Shown: one piece after another, positions 36,489 through 49,286 of the stretch
How positions within the stretch are numbered: position 1 is the stretch's first letter
How the letters are laid out: the number at the start of each line of letters is the position of its first letter
NCBI GenBank assembly: GCA_001929475.1
Contig: LXFE01000157.1
Location: 62,001-126,000, forward strand
DNA from: Neolecta irregularis DAH-3
Taxonomy: Eukaryota
Length of the DNA: 64,000 nt
Reading direction: 5' to 3'
The notes under the pieces: model-generated
The model's input: only the letters and a program-made list of their open reading frames with translations
Database searches by the model: none
Told to the model about the DNA's origin: nothing
Program-made: the position numbers and the translations under genes

Positions 36489-37033
36489 ATGAGTTTCTAT
36501 CTGGCCATTGTGGGAACAAAAGATAATCCAGTGTATCAGCTCGAATTCGGATCTTGGAAGTCTGGTGGAGATGGGGTTGCCAGAGTATTACAATACATTA
36601 CATCAAGTTGATAAGTCTAGTTTCGTGAAGATTCCCGCCACATGAATCAATTTATCGTGCATTCGTCATTAGACATTGTGGAGGAGATTCAATGGGCATC
36701 GAGCGGAATGTGAGGATGAATTCGAAAGAGTATGTGCTAAGTAACAGGTACATGAAAACGGTGGACAGGTTCAACCAATTCCTCGTCAGTACATACCTCA
36801 CTGCGGGAAGTAATTCTCCCCCTTTTTTCAGGTGTGGGTATTAACAATATTCAGATATAAAATTTATGCTACTTCACGAATTACGAAACGACGATGGTAT
36901 TAAAAACTTCTTTCAGGATTTACAAGAACTTTACATCAAATGTCTTTTAAACCCTTTTTATCAGGTAAACCAACAGATCACTTCTGCGATATTTGATATA
37001 AAAGTCAAGGCGTTAGCTAAAAAGTATCTGTAA
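36489..37033 (+). CDS. TRS20: TRAPP subunit Trs20 (sedlin), 4 short exons; absent from the ORF track
   Basis: MSFYLAIVGTKDNPVYQLEFG, HMNQFIVHSSLDIVEE, MYMKTVDRFN, IKFMLLH, LLNPFY, LAKKYL*. Confidence 0.93.
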
Positions 37034-37216
37034 TGTTTCGTGGTTTAATAAATTATGCAAACGATCGTAATGATTCCCCTTAATACAAACAATCCTTGAA
37101 CACCGTCTGTTTCCATTGATTCGTACCACAACAAAAGATGTAAGAAAAAAAAACACGATAAAGAGAGACAAGCACACGACTCCGGGGATATATCTAATTG
37201 TCACAATCTCTCAAGT

Positions 37217-38899
37217 TTATGTTGCTTCGCGGATAGTTGGAGGACGCTTCAGCACTCTTCCTGGGACTGAAGAGTCTGCAGGTGCATTTGCTTGAGGGGT
37301 TTTCCACTTTGGGTCGGCTGAACCTACAGTTCGTCGTCTTTGTAGACTATTGCCGTTGGGAACAGGTGTTTGTGGAGGCGGTGAGAGGGTGCCGTTGGGT
37401 CGTGGAATTCCAGATACTCGACGTTTTGGCGGGAGCATATATGTATTTGCATGCTCTTTTTCTACTTCAAGACCAGGTTCTGGGGTAACTGATATATTCT
37501 GTTTCAAATTGGGAGCATAACGAGCGACAGGTTTTGTGATAGAGGATACTGGTTCTGACGACACAGCCGAGATTGGACGGGAAAGCGCGGATGGTGGTCG
37601 CATATCTGCAGACAGCGGCGGCAGCGTGTGCACCGACTGCTGCGAGACAGACGATCTTGACCTGGGCCTGGATATCGACTCGTTTATGCTTCGTGATAGC
37701 GGGTGGACATAACCGCCTCGAGAAGAAGTCCGAGATGCAGGACGCTCTGCAGGCACACGACAAGCAGCATGGTCTGTATCGGACAAGGCTGAGACACGCG
37801 ACGCTGGACGAGGGGGCTGCACATCCATGCTTTCATGCAGGACAGCATCAAGACTAAAGTGTGATCCATTACACGACCGCGGGTATTGAGGACTCATAAG
37901 AGGAGCAACAATATTACGACATGATTGAAGGCGTGCCTCGAGACTCTAAGCAATCAGTGTGGTAAAAGCGGAACAAAATGCCATGCCTTGACGCGGCCGA
38001 CCATATCTTGCATGGCTTTTCTACTCTTGGAATGGTTGAGTTCGGTCCGTGAGATGGGTCTGTCACTAGTGTCACTTGGAGCTCTTTGGTGATTTAATAA
38101 ATTTCCGAGCCGCTTTGAACGAATGGATCCAGTGGTGGAAAGCATGTCCAGCATATTAGACGCAGAGCCCTCAGAAGCAGGCGGAGAGGGCGGTGTTCGG
38201 CGCGATCCGTCTTCCGAGACAGCGCGATGCTTGTCTTTTATGATGCTCAGCTCAAGGTTTGTGTCACGTAACTCGTCTCGCAGACGCTGTGTTTCGATTT
38301 CGAGGGATTCTTTTGCAGCAAGCTCAGCTTCTAGCATTGCAGTTTGCTCGATGGATTCGTTGTATTTCCTCTGCAAGTCTTGGAGGGAACTCTGAACTAC
38401 TCTAGACAGGGATCAGATCAGGTGTGAGTCATGGCAGACCGTTCATTGCGTTCCATGTCATCGTTCGACACCTCGACATCTCGCAGCTGGTCCTTGACAA
38501 TGCGGTGGGCCTCGCGCAGGGCATCGATCTCCCGTTGCATGGCGGCGAGGCTGGCTGCGCTTTCTGTCTTTGCAATTTGATATTTTGCCTGGACGTTGTT
38601 GTCAACACGGACGACCTCTGGTTAAAAGGCGCACCTTCCAGTCGTCGGCATCGTGAGCGAGCTTCTCGTTACGGCGTTTGAGTTCTTTGTACTGCTTTTC
38701 TGTCTCCTCGAGTTCCTTCTCGAGCTCGTGTTCCAGCTCCTTGCTGGAGAGCTGGAAGTCGTCGAGGGCAGCGCGGGTCTCGGTCAGGGCGGCTTCCAGC
38801 TCCTTGCATCTGGTCCTGTAGGCAGCGGCATCCGCATCGTCTAGCCTAGCGGGATCAGAGGGGGTTTTTGACGCAAATAACATACGGCGATGGGGGCAT
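37217..38899 (-). CDS. nudE: Nuclear distribution protein NudE (dynein/LIS1 regulator), multi-exon
   Basis: LDDFQLSSKELEHELEKELE, RDVEVSNDDMER, KYNESIEQTAMLE.E..KESLEIETQRLRDELRD, S/P/R-rich tail. Start at 38899 inferred via a short first exon. Confidence 0.9.
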
Positions 38900-38967
38900 G
38901 CGGATTGGGTAGAGATGCTGGTGGAGGGGCAATTGGAAAAGCGACTCCAGAGTGCGACACAACGGCT

Positions 38968-40880
38968 ATGTTGTACAAAACACCACGCAACGCGGCTGGT
39001 CTCGCTATATTTTTTCTCCTCGCCGTTCTTGCTTTCCTGCTCATCCTCCCGCATCCTCATCGAAAACCCTCAACTCTCGTCCAAGGCCGCCGCGGTGCAG
39101 TCGCCTCAGACATCCCCGCATGCTCCACCGTCGGCATCAATATCCTCAAGTCCGGCGGCAATGCGGTCGATAGCGCAATTGCGGCGGCACTGTGTGTTGG
39201 CACAATCAACATGTTTTCTAGCGGCATTGGCGGGTGTGCTGCTGCTCATTTTGCATCTATTATTGACAGACAAGCGGCGGTTTCATGCTCATCCGCCATC
39301 AAAATGGTTCTGCAAGCACAATAAACTTTCGCGAGACTGCTCCCGCCCGCTCACAGTTGTCGGATTATGTGCACGATCCCCTCCGTCTCGTCTTTGGCCC
39401 GCTCTCAATAGGAACCCCCGGCGAAATCGCAGGCTTTTCCCAGGCTCACGCGCTGTATGGTGCCCTTGACTGGGCGGATCTATTTCAGCCCTCAATTGCC
39501 CTCTCCAGAGACGGCTTCCCGGCCTCTTTCTTGCTCCAAGAGCACCTGCAAATCATGGACAGCCTGACGAACTTCTCCTCGCACCCCTCCTGGGCCCCTA
39601 TGCTTGCTCCCGGGGGTTCTCTGTTGAAAGAAGGCGACATCGTCCGCCGTCTCAATTACTCAAACACACTGCAGGCTATTGCCCAAGGTGGCCCTTCCAC
39701 ATTCTACACCGGGGATATTGCACGCTCCATCACTTCCTACATCCAAGAAAAGGGCGGCGTCCTGACAGAGGGAGACCTTGCAAACTATACTGCTAAAGTT
39801 GAATCTCCTATCCGAGTGCGTGTTGCTCTCTATCCGGTCTAAAACGTCAAGGGCTGGTACCGCGGACGCGATGTCATCACGTGTGGGCCTCCCTGCAGTG
39901 GTCCGGCCCTACTCGAAGGTTTGAATATCCTTGAGGGGTTCGACATGGGCAAACCTACAAAAATGACTCACAAAGGACTCCATAGACTGGTGGAAGTCAT
40001 GAAATGTACATTGTAGCTCTTGTTTACTCCTATCTAAACTCAATTCTAGGGCTCTCGGCTGGTCGCACCGAACTCGGTGATCCCATTGACGAAACTACCG
40101 CCAATCGTGACCGCGTCGAGGAAATCAAGTCGAAAGAATGGGCGGCAAAAGTTCGTGCCAACATTTCAGACCACAAAACATATGGTGTACATCACTACCG
40201 TCCTAGCTACCAAATGGTTCTAATGTTACAACCTATGTTTGCTAAATGACACAGATCGAGAATCATGGTACTACCCATTTGAACGTAGTCGACAGTCAGG
40301 GGATGGCTGTTTCTCTCACCACTACCGTTCGCTCACTCTCAAACTCTGCTGACTGCAGATAAACCAGATTTTCGGCTCTCTAGTGTGTGATCCAGTCACC
40401 GGTATCATCTTCAACGATCAACTCGATGACTTCTCATTGCCAGGCCATCCAAATGCATTTAATCTACGACCTTCTCCCTTCAACTTTCTCAAACCTTTCA
40501 AAAGACCGCTCTCTTCGGCCGCACCAACTATCATCACACATAACAATGAACTCGAATTTGTGCTTGGTGCAAGTGGTGGCTCACGAATTGTCACTTCAGT
40601 CCTGGATGCAATCATCAAATTATATGATTGGAAAATGAATCTTTTTGATGTCATTGATAGCCCAAGGGTACATCATCAACTTCTTCCAATGGAAATATCA
40701 ATTGAAAATAACATGGATGCCTCTGCTATTGCTTCATTGAAAGGAAAAGGTCACGAGGTCCGTCTTTATCCTCGTACTTCGCCTTTAAGTGATGTCCAAG
40801 CTATATTGAGACTTAAATCAGGGTTACTGCAGGCGGTTTCTGATGCTAGGAAATATGGCCTTGCCGCTGTTTGGGACTAG
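38968..40880 (+). CDS. ggt: Gamma-glutamyltranspeptidase (type II membrane), multi-exon
   Basis: GAVASD..CS..G..IL..GGNAVDSAIAAALCVG, SSGIGG-GGFM, INFRETAP, catalytic HGTTH, KRPLSS, GASGGSRI. Confidence 0.95.
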
Positions 40881-41013
40881 GATATTGAGGATTTATGATA
40901 GATCCAAGGGACATTGGTTAATAGTTGCACTTACATGTATAACTGCATGCCTAGAGTATAATATGTATCAACAAAGAATGTAGCAAACACTGTCTAGCAA
41001 AGTATAGTCTCTT

Positions 41014-41879
41014 TCATGTTCGTTGTGGTAGGTGCTTGCTGTACCGTTTGGAAAGTTTAGCTCCATCATTGCAAAAGAATCGATGTGCATGGTGTTCATG
41101 GCCACACGTAGATGGATACATTTCCGTCGACGGAAAACCACCTGGGGATGGTCCATCAGGCGGACCAGGCAAGTCTTGTGTAATGGCAGGTGGAACTTTT
41201 TGAGTATTAGCACACTAATCATAAGCCAAAGACATACCTTCAGGTTCAGGCATTGCAATTACAATCTCTAGTGGAGGTGGTTGTGGCTCTGGAGCACTAC
41301 GCAGTCCTATGGGATACGCAGCTTTGGCAATAAGAACATTGACAGAACAAAACCCACACTTACCACTACTCGCTGCTGCCTGAAGAATGGGTTGTCTCGA
41401 AGTTGCGAAGTACGCAAAGTATAATGGTATCTAAACCGTCAAGTTTCATTCACCCACCCCAATAGAAGGACATACTACTCCAAATAAGACCCATGCCCTG
41501 TCGCTGATAATAGCCAAAACATGGATCGCCCAACTGATATAACAGACATCCAGCATATAAGCAGCCACAGTCAACCCATCGCCATTCAAATCAGGCAAAT
41601 GAAGGTTAAGAACCTTCTTACCGTCGTACACAGGGCGCGTCATCCAATAAATCTGAAGCTGAAAGAGTAGAGAGATAAACGATGTGATAAGATATGCCAA
41701 GATAACCGATTTAGATATCGTCGTATAGTTGAAGATTCCTCGGAACGTGATAAACGCAGCATTCGACGCGAGAGAACCGTATTTTAGAGTTTGAATTGTA
41801 CCAGCGTTTCGATTGATAATCACTTGAATGGATTCTTGGGTCTATCCAGTTAGACTTGTGGGGGATTCCGTACTACCAT
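41014..41879 (-). CDS. SND2/TMEM208 (DUF788)-like membrane protein, multi-exon
   Basis: RN..TIQTLKY, TM segments, RPVYDG..DLNGDGL..YMLDVCYISWAIHVLAIISDRAW..IPLY. The 3' exons and exact ends are uncertain. Confidence 0.65.
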
Positions 41880-42530
41880 TTTCTCCTTTTGTGCTTCGAG
41901 GTATGGGGTCAGTGGATTTGAGAGAGCGGGGACTGGCATGGATGGAATTTCAGCGGTCTCTGTGATTTCCTCCTCTGGTTCTGGAATAGGAATGGGCTTT
42001 TGAACAGGGGCAGGGTTCGTTGTTGTAGGAGAAGGTATAGAAACAGTCCTTGGTGGTATGACAATACTTGAAACACTGGAGACGGACTTTTTATGTCGTC
42101 GATTGGTTTTCAGACGTTTCAAGTCGCTTAACGGGACCAATGGTGGATCCTTCAGCTGGGATTTATGAAGGTGATGACCTGGAGGAACCAGACTGGGCGA
42201 TTGTCGTTTTGAAAGATGTAATGATGCCGAATTAACAAAATTATGAACGTTGCGAGCCTGTTCAAGTAAATCGCAGGATACCCTCAAATCACCGGTAGAG
42301 CACAACTGACTGTAAGACTTTTGTAGTCGATGTCTCGCTAAGGGATTGATGATCGATGAGTGTACTAGATTGCAGACACTCAGCGGGATATTAGTCAAAT
42401 TTGATATTCCCGTCTTGGGTAGATAATGCGAGGAAACCAGAATAGCTCCCTCTTTGAAAAAGAGTTCGGTTTCCGAGAAACGAGTGTTTCTGTGTTGGGG
42501 ATGAAGTGTAGGAGATACTCTTATAAGCAA
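41850..42530 (-). CDS. Hypothetical S/P-rich ORF in frame with the SND2-like ATG
   Basis: Open frame of 226 codons; no recognisable family. Confidence 0.4.
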   Translation of the reverse strand: MLIRVSPTLHPQHRNTRFSETELFFKEGAILVSSHYLPKTGISNLTNIPLSVCNLVHSSIINPLARHRLQKSYSQLCSTGDLRVSCDLLEQARNVHNFVNSASLHLSKRQSPSLVPPGHHLHKSQLKDPPLVPLSDLKRLKTNRRHKKSVSSVSSIVIPPRTVSIPSPTTTNPAPVQKPIPIPEPEEEITETAEIPSMPVPALSNPLTPYLEAQKEKMVVRNPPQV

Positions 42531-42883
42531 ATGCGCGCGCCACGTAAAAACAGGATGGGACTAGTTTCAAACAATGTTGGACAAGCGACATTTTTTGTCA
42601 ACATTCGTAAGACTCATTAGAAAAATATTGCTCTCAGATCAGTCGTACGAATACTGATAGAAATGGGCTTGTATGAAAGCTTTGCACAAGAGATCCGGTA
42701 AGACATTCGGAATGAAGTGGTCAATGTGTTGGTTTTTTTCCAAAACTTGATTCAGACCAGGGGGGTCAACTGTTCCCACCCATAACTTATTATCTATTGA
42801 ATATTATGTACACCGCCATAATATCTTGAATAAGAACGCCCCGATCCAGATTACCCGGTTGCCCAATTCTTGATGTAGATAAT

Positions 42884-43920
42884 TCAATGCAGAATTCGCT
42901 TAATCCTTCGACATCTCGGACAATAACTAGAATCACTCGTCGTCAAATCCACCAGTCTCGCAGCAGAAGCACACGCTTCCGTAAGGCATAGTGGGTGAAA
43001 CCGATGACCACATTCCAAATTTACTTCTGGTGAATGTTCCTCATTGCACAGACCTATTGTTCTTTGCGCGCATTCTAGGTCTTGGCGAGCATATGGATGA
43101 TGCCGCTCGACTCGACGGGGAACAGAACTAGTGGTTTCTGCCAACAGTGACTGAACATCTGAACGATCTTGCGATGGAGCTTCTCCTGTGGGCGAAGATC
43201 TACGGGTAACTAAGACGAACGGTAGTGGAAACCAAAAGACTCCTTGAAGAACTTGGGATGACATCGGCTCTTCCACTGACGGGATTTCGAAACGACAAAG
43301 TGGACATGCCGGCGATTCTTTGAGCCAGTGTGTCAAACAATGGTTACCAAAGACGTGTCCGCATGGTAACTGGAGCGGCTTTTCTGGTCCCGCATCGACA
43401 ACGCCATCAGTTCTTGCTTCATGAGCGGATATATCGATATTTGCAGGCTCATCATCGTCATCTATTTTACCAGAAGTAGAGGGATCGATCGGCGTTTTGT
43501 CGATGATTGTGGCGGTCGGCACAGCAGGATTGAGATTGAAAGGATCTCCATAATTTAACTTACAAGGTTCTAAATAATTAGTATATCTTCAATAGACCTT
43601 GCACCTGCACAAAACCTTTCCATACAGATAGAGCACTTGCGCTCGTCTTCCGGCAGGGTAGCAAGATCCACAGGAACTAGTTTCGAGACGGCAGCATCCG
43701 TAGCATGTCGTTTAGGTAAACCATTTGCAGATATAAACTGAAATGATCCATTCAGCATGGTGGGTCCAAAAGATGGAAATATGAAAACATGGGGTGGCGT
43801 GATGTCATTTCGCGGAGAAGCCTCGCCTTGCTCTGGCGGATCATGAACAGGGAAAGGACCTGTAGCATGCAATACTATGCTGACATAGGGTTGATATGGA
43901 ATGCTTTCTGCCTGCGACAT
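42884..43920 (-). CDS. SAN1: RING finger E3 ligase, San1-like (2 exons)
   Basis: CSICMERF, long insert, PLQLPCGHVFGNHCLTHWLKESPACPLCR, plus a second C-terminal Cys/His cluster (CGHRFHPLCL..CPRC). Confidence 0.6.
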
Positions 43921-46900
43921 GGTTGAAAAAGAGAGAATATGGGGATGGGTTTGAGGAGTTATAAAGGATTTGTTAAGAAAGGAATCGAAGGTTCTGGAAG
44001 GCTCGTGCAGACAGGCCGCGGTATACCCGTCAAATTGTCGGTATTACGGACTAGTCAATATTCTGTTGAATTCTAAAAGCTTTAGAACAGCTCCTACAAA
44101 AATAGTTTCTCAAACAGGGGATAGACTCGGCGGCGTCAAGACCCTTGCGAAACATGTCAGGAAGACGTGTCATCGTCCGTTTCGACTTTTTTCCTAATCG
44201 GGATGGATACTCGTGCCCAAACAATGAGCCTCGGTAATGGTCTAGGATTTCGTGCAGGGTGTTCTAGTGATAGCTTTCGCCGCATAGTCTGAGATCATTT
44301 AGATTCTGGAGTTTGACTATTATAGTCTAGTAAAATAGGTCAAATAATGCAACACAATGTAATCTATGCCAGCAGTCGGAGATGTGATGAATGCAAAAAT
44401 AGGCCACGGAGGAGTAGACTTGTCGGCACACAGGTTGTAGTTGTAGCGTCGGAAACATAGAGGAAAAAGAGGAAAAAGAGGAAAAGGATTCTTTGATTCT
44501 TAGCGGGATGGATAGAGCATTATCCAACCCGCCCTACAAATGTGCAGATACAGGACTATTTATAGATTTTCAAGAATTCATTGTAGTAAAATCAAGGAAG
44601 AAAATACCCATCAGATAACCAGAAAATACCCTGTGTACGAATTTCTTGCGACAGACTCATGGGTGGCGAGTGGTTTTCATTATTTCCTCTAGAGATCTTC
44701 CATAGGGGTACATTGCCATTTTACCTGCCAGGAACAATACGTACAATGATTGAGGAGATCTCCCTTTTGGATTAGCAAAAGATCTCTGGAAACGGAGACG
44801 GGAATGTAACTTAGCTCAAGGAAATCCACAAACTGTCACAGCAAACAATTATTTATCTAGTAAAACCCTACCGTTTCCTCAGTAACGTAATATATATCCG
44901 TCAATTGGAGTCCCTACAATGTAGAGTTTCCCCCATAAAGAGAGACTGCAGAGAACTATGATAGACGAGAATATTCTTCCAAATCCCAGTATTGCCGTCG
45001 CACTGAAGTCCGAAAATCACCGCAAAACACGTAGATAATAAACTCCGCCGATGACCTGTGGGAATGATCTCTGGGCTGGCGGGCTTTTGGACATGGGATA
45101 TGGTAGAGAATGCGAAACAAATTTGCAAACGAGTAAATGTTTCAGGCGCACACGTGCTGTGGAGAGCATAGACAGGCAATCCTTCCTTCTCTACGGTCCA
45201 ATAGGCTAAAACCATTGATATATTATTATTACTAGGAGGATTTCAAGGCCAGTGGTTTGAAGAACGATATATTTGCAGATCCAGCAGACTTGTGGAAATA
45301 CACCTAACTTCACGTCTTACCTTTTTTGCCCCTCCGTTCTCCTATCACTCACGTTAAGAATACGGCCTTCTGTCCTATACATCTTGACGTCAACAAAAGA
45401 CACCGCCAACTTGAAGTACGTCTTTTTTAATATGAAAACTTGACTCTAAATTTGTCGAATTCACACTTGAAACCATCATCAACCATGCTACTATAATAAT
45501 TCCAATGATAATTCATGATCATACACTTCATGTCAAATTAGGGAAGGTCATTGATAAATCTCAGGATTCATGTCTCCTCAATTCATAATTCTATCCTTGG
45601 TGTTTTTTGGAGTCTAGTTAAGAAAACAGACAATGTAGGCTACCATTTGTGGAGGATTGTTTATATCTTAGAATATTTGATTGTATCTGCTCAAATTGTA
45701 TCCAAACTGAGCGTTAAAATAGAAAAGCTATAGGTGTGATATCCAGCCAGATGGGTGAACTGATTAGTGCATGTGCTTCGGCGTCCAAACCCATAATTAC
45801 AGGGTCGATCGAAGGATTTTAAATCCACATTTTTAGTGAAGGCAATTTTCTGTTTATCCATCTCGATGAATGTTCTTCTGAACTTATTCTCCTTTATTGT
45901 TTTTTGCGTGTTCAAATTTCTTCCTTTCCGTTGCGACTAACCACAATTTCCTAGCCCTAATCCCCATATTGCTTGTGCTTCCAGAGCAAAGATTTTGAAT
46001 AGCCTGAACTTCAATGAGCTCCTTCCTCAATTTTGCTGCAGAATGCTCTTTATTCTTTTTAAAAAATGAACCAAGATCGAATGGGACATTGTTCGTTCGT
46101 AAGATAATGCAGCCCACTCTTGAATTGATAGATCTTTCAAGTATTTTGGTCTAGCAAAGAGAGACGACTTGTTGAAGCGCTTCAAGTGGGTTGAAACTAA
46201 TACAAGAAATTACCTCACGCTAAACTATTTGGTTTAATTAGTTAGTGACGTTGTGTTATAGACAATACCCTTTGAAGTACAATGATATATTGCTTTATTA
46301 ATTAAACAATTTTAAAATATCATGCATTATATAGTATGAACGTCAGATTCCGGACTCCAAGGATTAAGAAATGTTTAAACTTTAAAGGGTCCTTTACAAG
46401 AATGCCCAATGAAATCGGGACAACTTTCTTTAGACTCTGCTAATCGAGGAGAATCTAAAGTATTCAATATTAATATCTTTAAAAATGTCAGGGAGTGAAA
46501 GTTAATATATTGATAAGATACTAATCTTGAATACTGTATCCATGTCTCGCTTGTATTGTATTCCACCCGCTAATTGCCCACGGGAACAGGTAAGCCATTT
46601 TAGGACGTTTCATTAGTAATTGGTCGTGGAATAACCCATTTACCTTCCCTGATACAATAGTTGGTAATGCAAGCAGCTAAATAGCTTTGATTATGTCAAA
46701 TCTTTAAGTCTATTGGACTCCTAACTCGAAATTCTCATGAAACCTGCACCATTAGAAAGCTTACTCAATCTTCTATTCTTCTAGTTCTCCCGTGGTCAAT
46801 TGATGTGTGGCTAAATTGAGTGCCTCTCAAGAAGAGTTGAAATGGTTGATACCCACTTTATTCAACCGGTTCTCAAAATTGTAACCCAAGAATTGGCAAT

Positions 46901-47662
46901 TCCTGATATTTATGCCGCCATTGACCAACCTATTAATTCATACTGGCAACGACAGCCGCTCATTTGGAGAAGTGATTCAGAGAAAGGAACTCTTTTATTC
47001 CTTATATTCGATTTCAGGCGAGAGTAGACTGACATTTATCGCGAACATATAAACATCTCTAAGTGACGGATACCATCCCGAATCCGGAATTGTTTGATTG
47101 TGGGCAGTCATCCGGCACATTGTAAATCGTCAGATTTCCCAACCTCCACCAACCTCCTACCCACCTCCTGAACTTGTCAGTCTCCAGTATATCGCTTACA
47201 GACCCGCGATTATCGTTAGTATATATACGCATAGCTGCGAGTCGGACGCTATATTTATTTGTATAATCACAGTGTCTCGGTGTTACTGATCAGAGGCAAG
47301 CGCGGTGTTGAATATTTCGAATCTGCCTCCGACATATTGCATTCATTCCTCTACACGCTGTCGTTTCCTCGTGTATTCTCCAGAATCTTGTTGCTGTTCC
47401 AAATATCGCCGTATTTTATTTCCCGTGCGCATATTACAAAAGCCAATCTCCCCTTAGAACCGCCGATCTGTTCGCGGTTCTGCCCTCAACCTTCTCGGTT
47501 TGCTGGTCTACAAGGTACATCATTATTGCCCGATCACTGAAATAAAAAGGCTCAAGTTAACTGCATCGGATCTTCACTTTTTCCCTATCTCGATTGAATC
47601 GGGCTTTTGCTCAAATAACACCTTGCTTTCACTAAGATATCTTCGTAATCCTCAACACCACT

Positions 47663-48962
47663 ATGGATCTACAACATGAAGGACAGCATTCATCACATAG
47701 ACTCTTTCAGGATTCGTTTAACCTTGGAGGTGTATCTTGGAGTGCCACAGTAACTCCTCCTGATCAATCATCAATCGATCCTATACAAGATGAGGGATCT
47801 CATTCGCCCCTGACGACAAGAGACACGCAACCGTTCATGTCGGCGGCGCAATTTGAACCACATCATCACACGCAAAGCCCTTATCACCAACCACAAGAGC
47901 CAAGGTTCCCGTTTTTTGGACCAGATGAACAATTTACCCCCTTCCCCAATTTTGTTGCACCGCATGCGAATCATATTCAAAGCTCTACACAATCTTATCA
48001 GCAATGCCTCGAACTGCCACACGACTTTCCTCCAATTAACTTCCTCGAGCGTCGTGTCTCATCGCCGATGCTGAAGACCAACACCTCGAATGAATTTTCT
48101 GCAGTTGCTAATAATACGTTGCAACATCAGTCACAGGCGAATACCGCCTTTAACCGCCGACCATCACCTTCAAATCCAAATCCAAATCACTCATTTAATA
48201 CAGGGCAGGTCATCGGTGATCATTTCCAGCAGCAAATCCAACCCAATTTATGGGGCCCAGAAAGAGGACACCCTTATATACGGCCTCGGTGGAGTCTCGA
48301 TCGAAGGATGTCACATCCAGTCTTGCCGTCAACATACCAAACCCCTCCTGATATTCCTCAAAGAGGCCGACAAATGTCCATGTTTGATTCCCGCTCAGAT
48401 GTTTCGGGTCAACCGTCACCAGCATCATTAACTTCATTCGATCCATATTCATCCTCTTTTCCTCTTGAGGTTCGCCAGGAACACAAACAAATGGCACCCC
48501 ATGTGTTCTATCACTCTGTTCCTGAAGAAGCGGAAACATCATCATCTCAGTTATCACATCTGTCACTTAAAACGCCTGTGGAACAACCGTTTGAATATGA
48601 GCATTCCTCAATGGCGGTGCTAGATCGAAGAAGCAGTCTAGCATCACTAAGTGATTATAATGCAGAGCAAACTAATATGATGCGGACGTTCAATGTGAAA
48701 AAAGCCTCGCCTAGCGCGAAGAAACATATCTGCGAGTTGTGTCACAAGCGATTTACTCGACCAAGTTCGCTGAAGACGCATCGTTTTAGTCACACAGGGG
48801 AAAAACGTATGAGTCAAAAGGGTTTACCGGTCTGACTAAATTGTAGCATTTGGCTGCGAATATCCTGGGTGTAAACGCAGTTTTTCTGTGGTTTCCAATC
48901 TTAAGAGGCACGCAAAGACGCATCGCAACAAAGTAGGCGACGAGGACGTTTCTGAGGAATAG
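47663..48962 (+). CDS. flbC: C2H2 zinc-finger transcription factor, FlbC-like (2 exons)
   Basis: KKHICELCHKRFTRPSSLKTHRFSHTGEK-PFGCEYPGCKRSFSVVSNLKRHAKTH at the C-terminus after a long Q/P/S-rich region. Confidence 0.75.
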
Positions 48963-49119
48963 AAATACCTCGGATCGCGTCGACTGGTCTGCGGCGCCTC
49001 CTTGTGGGTGTTTGGTATCTGGCGTTGGGAGCACTTTCATGTTTTGAGCGAGGACTTTATCATTTCTTTCTGTTCGAGGTTTTAAAATTTTCTTCTTATC
49101 TCTTTACCGACAAAATGTA

Positions 49120-49212
49120 CATACACGTAGCACCCTAATAGCACTCATATATGTATTATGCATTATGGCCGGAATGGAACGTGATGGAAGAGCCAAGGAA
49201 TGCCACGTATCC
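49120..49212 (+). promoter_or_regulatory. Candidate UPR elements upstream of BiP
   Basis: ACACGTA (~49123) and GCCACGTA (~49202), i.e. TACGTG cores on the minus strand, 80-165 bp upstream of the BiP ATG. Confidence 0.35.
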
Positions 49213-49286
49213 ATTTTTTGAATGCGCGCAATTTAAAATGCCAACGCCCGCTCCTCTTTCCCAATTTACCAACCATCCACTCCACC

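Noticed and set aside
32455..40880. Secondary-metabolite or metabolic gene cluster
   Set aside because: No backbone enzyme (PKS, NRPS or terpene synthase); the genes are functionally unrelated housekeeping genes
44460..44488. (AGGAAAAAG)3 repeat
   Set aside because: Trivial short simple repeat in intergenic DNA
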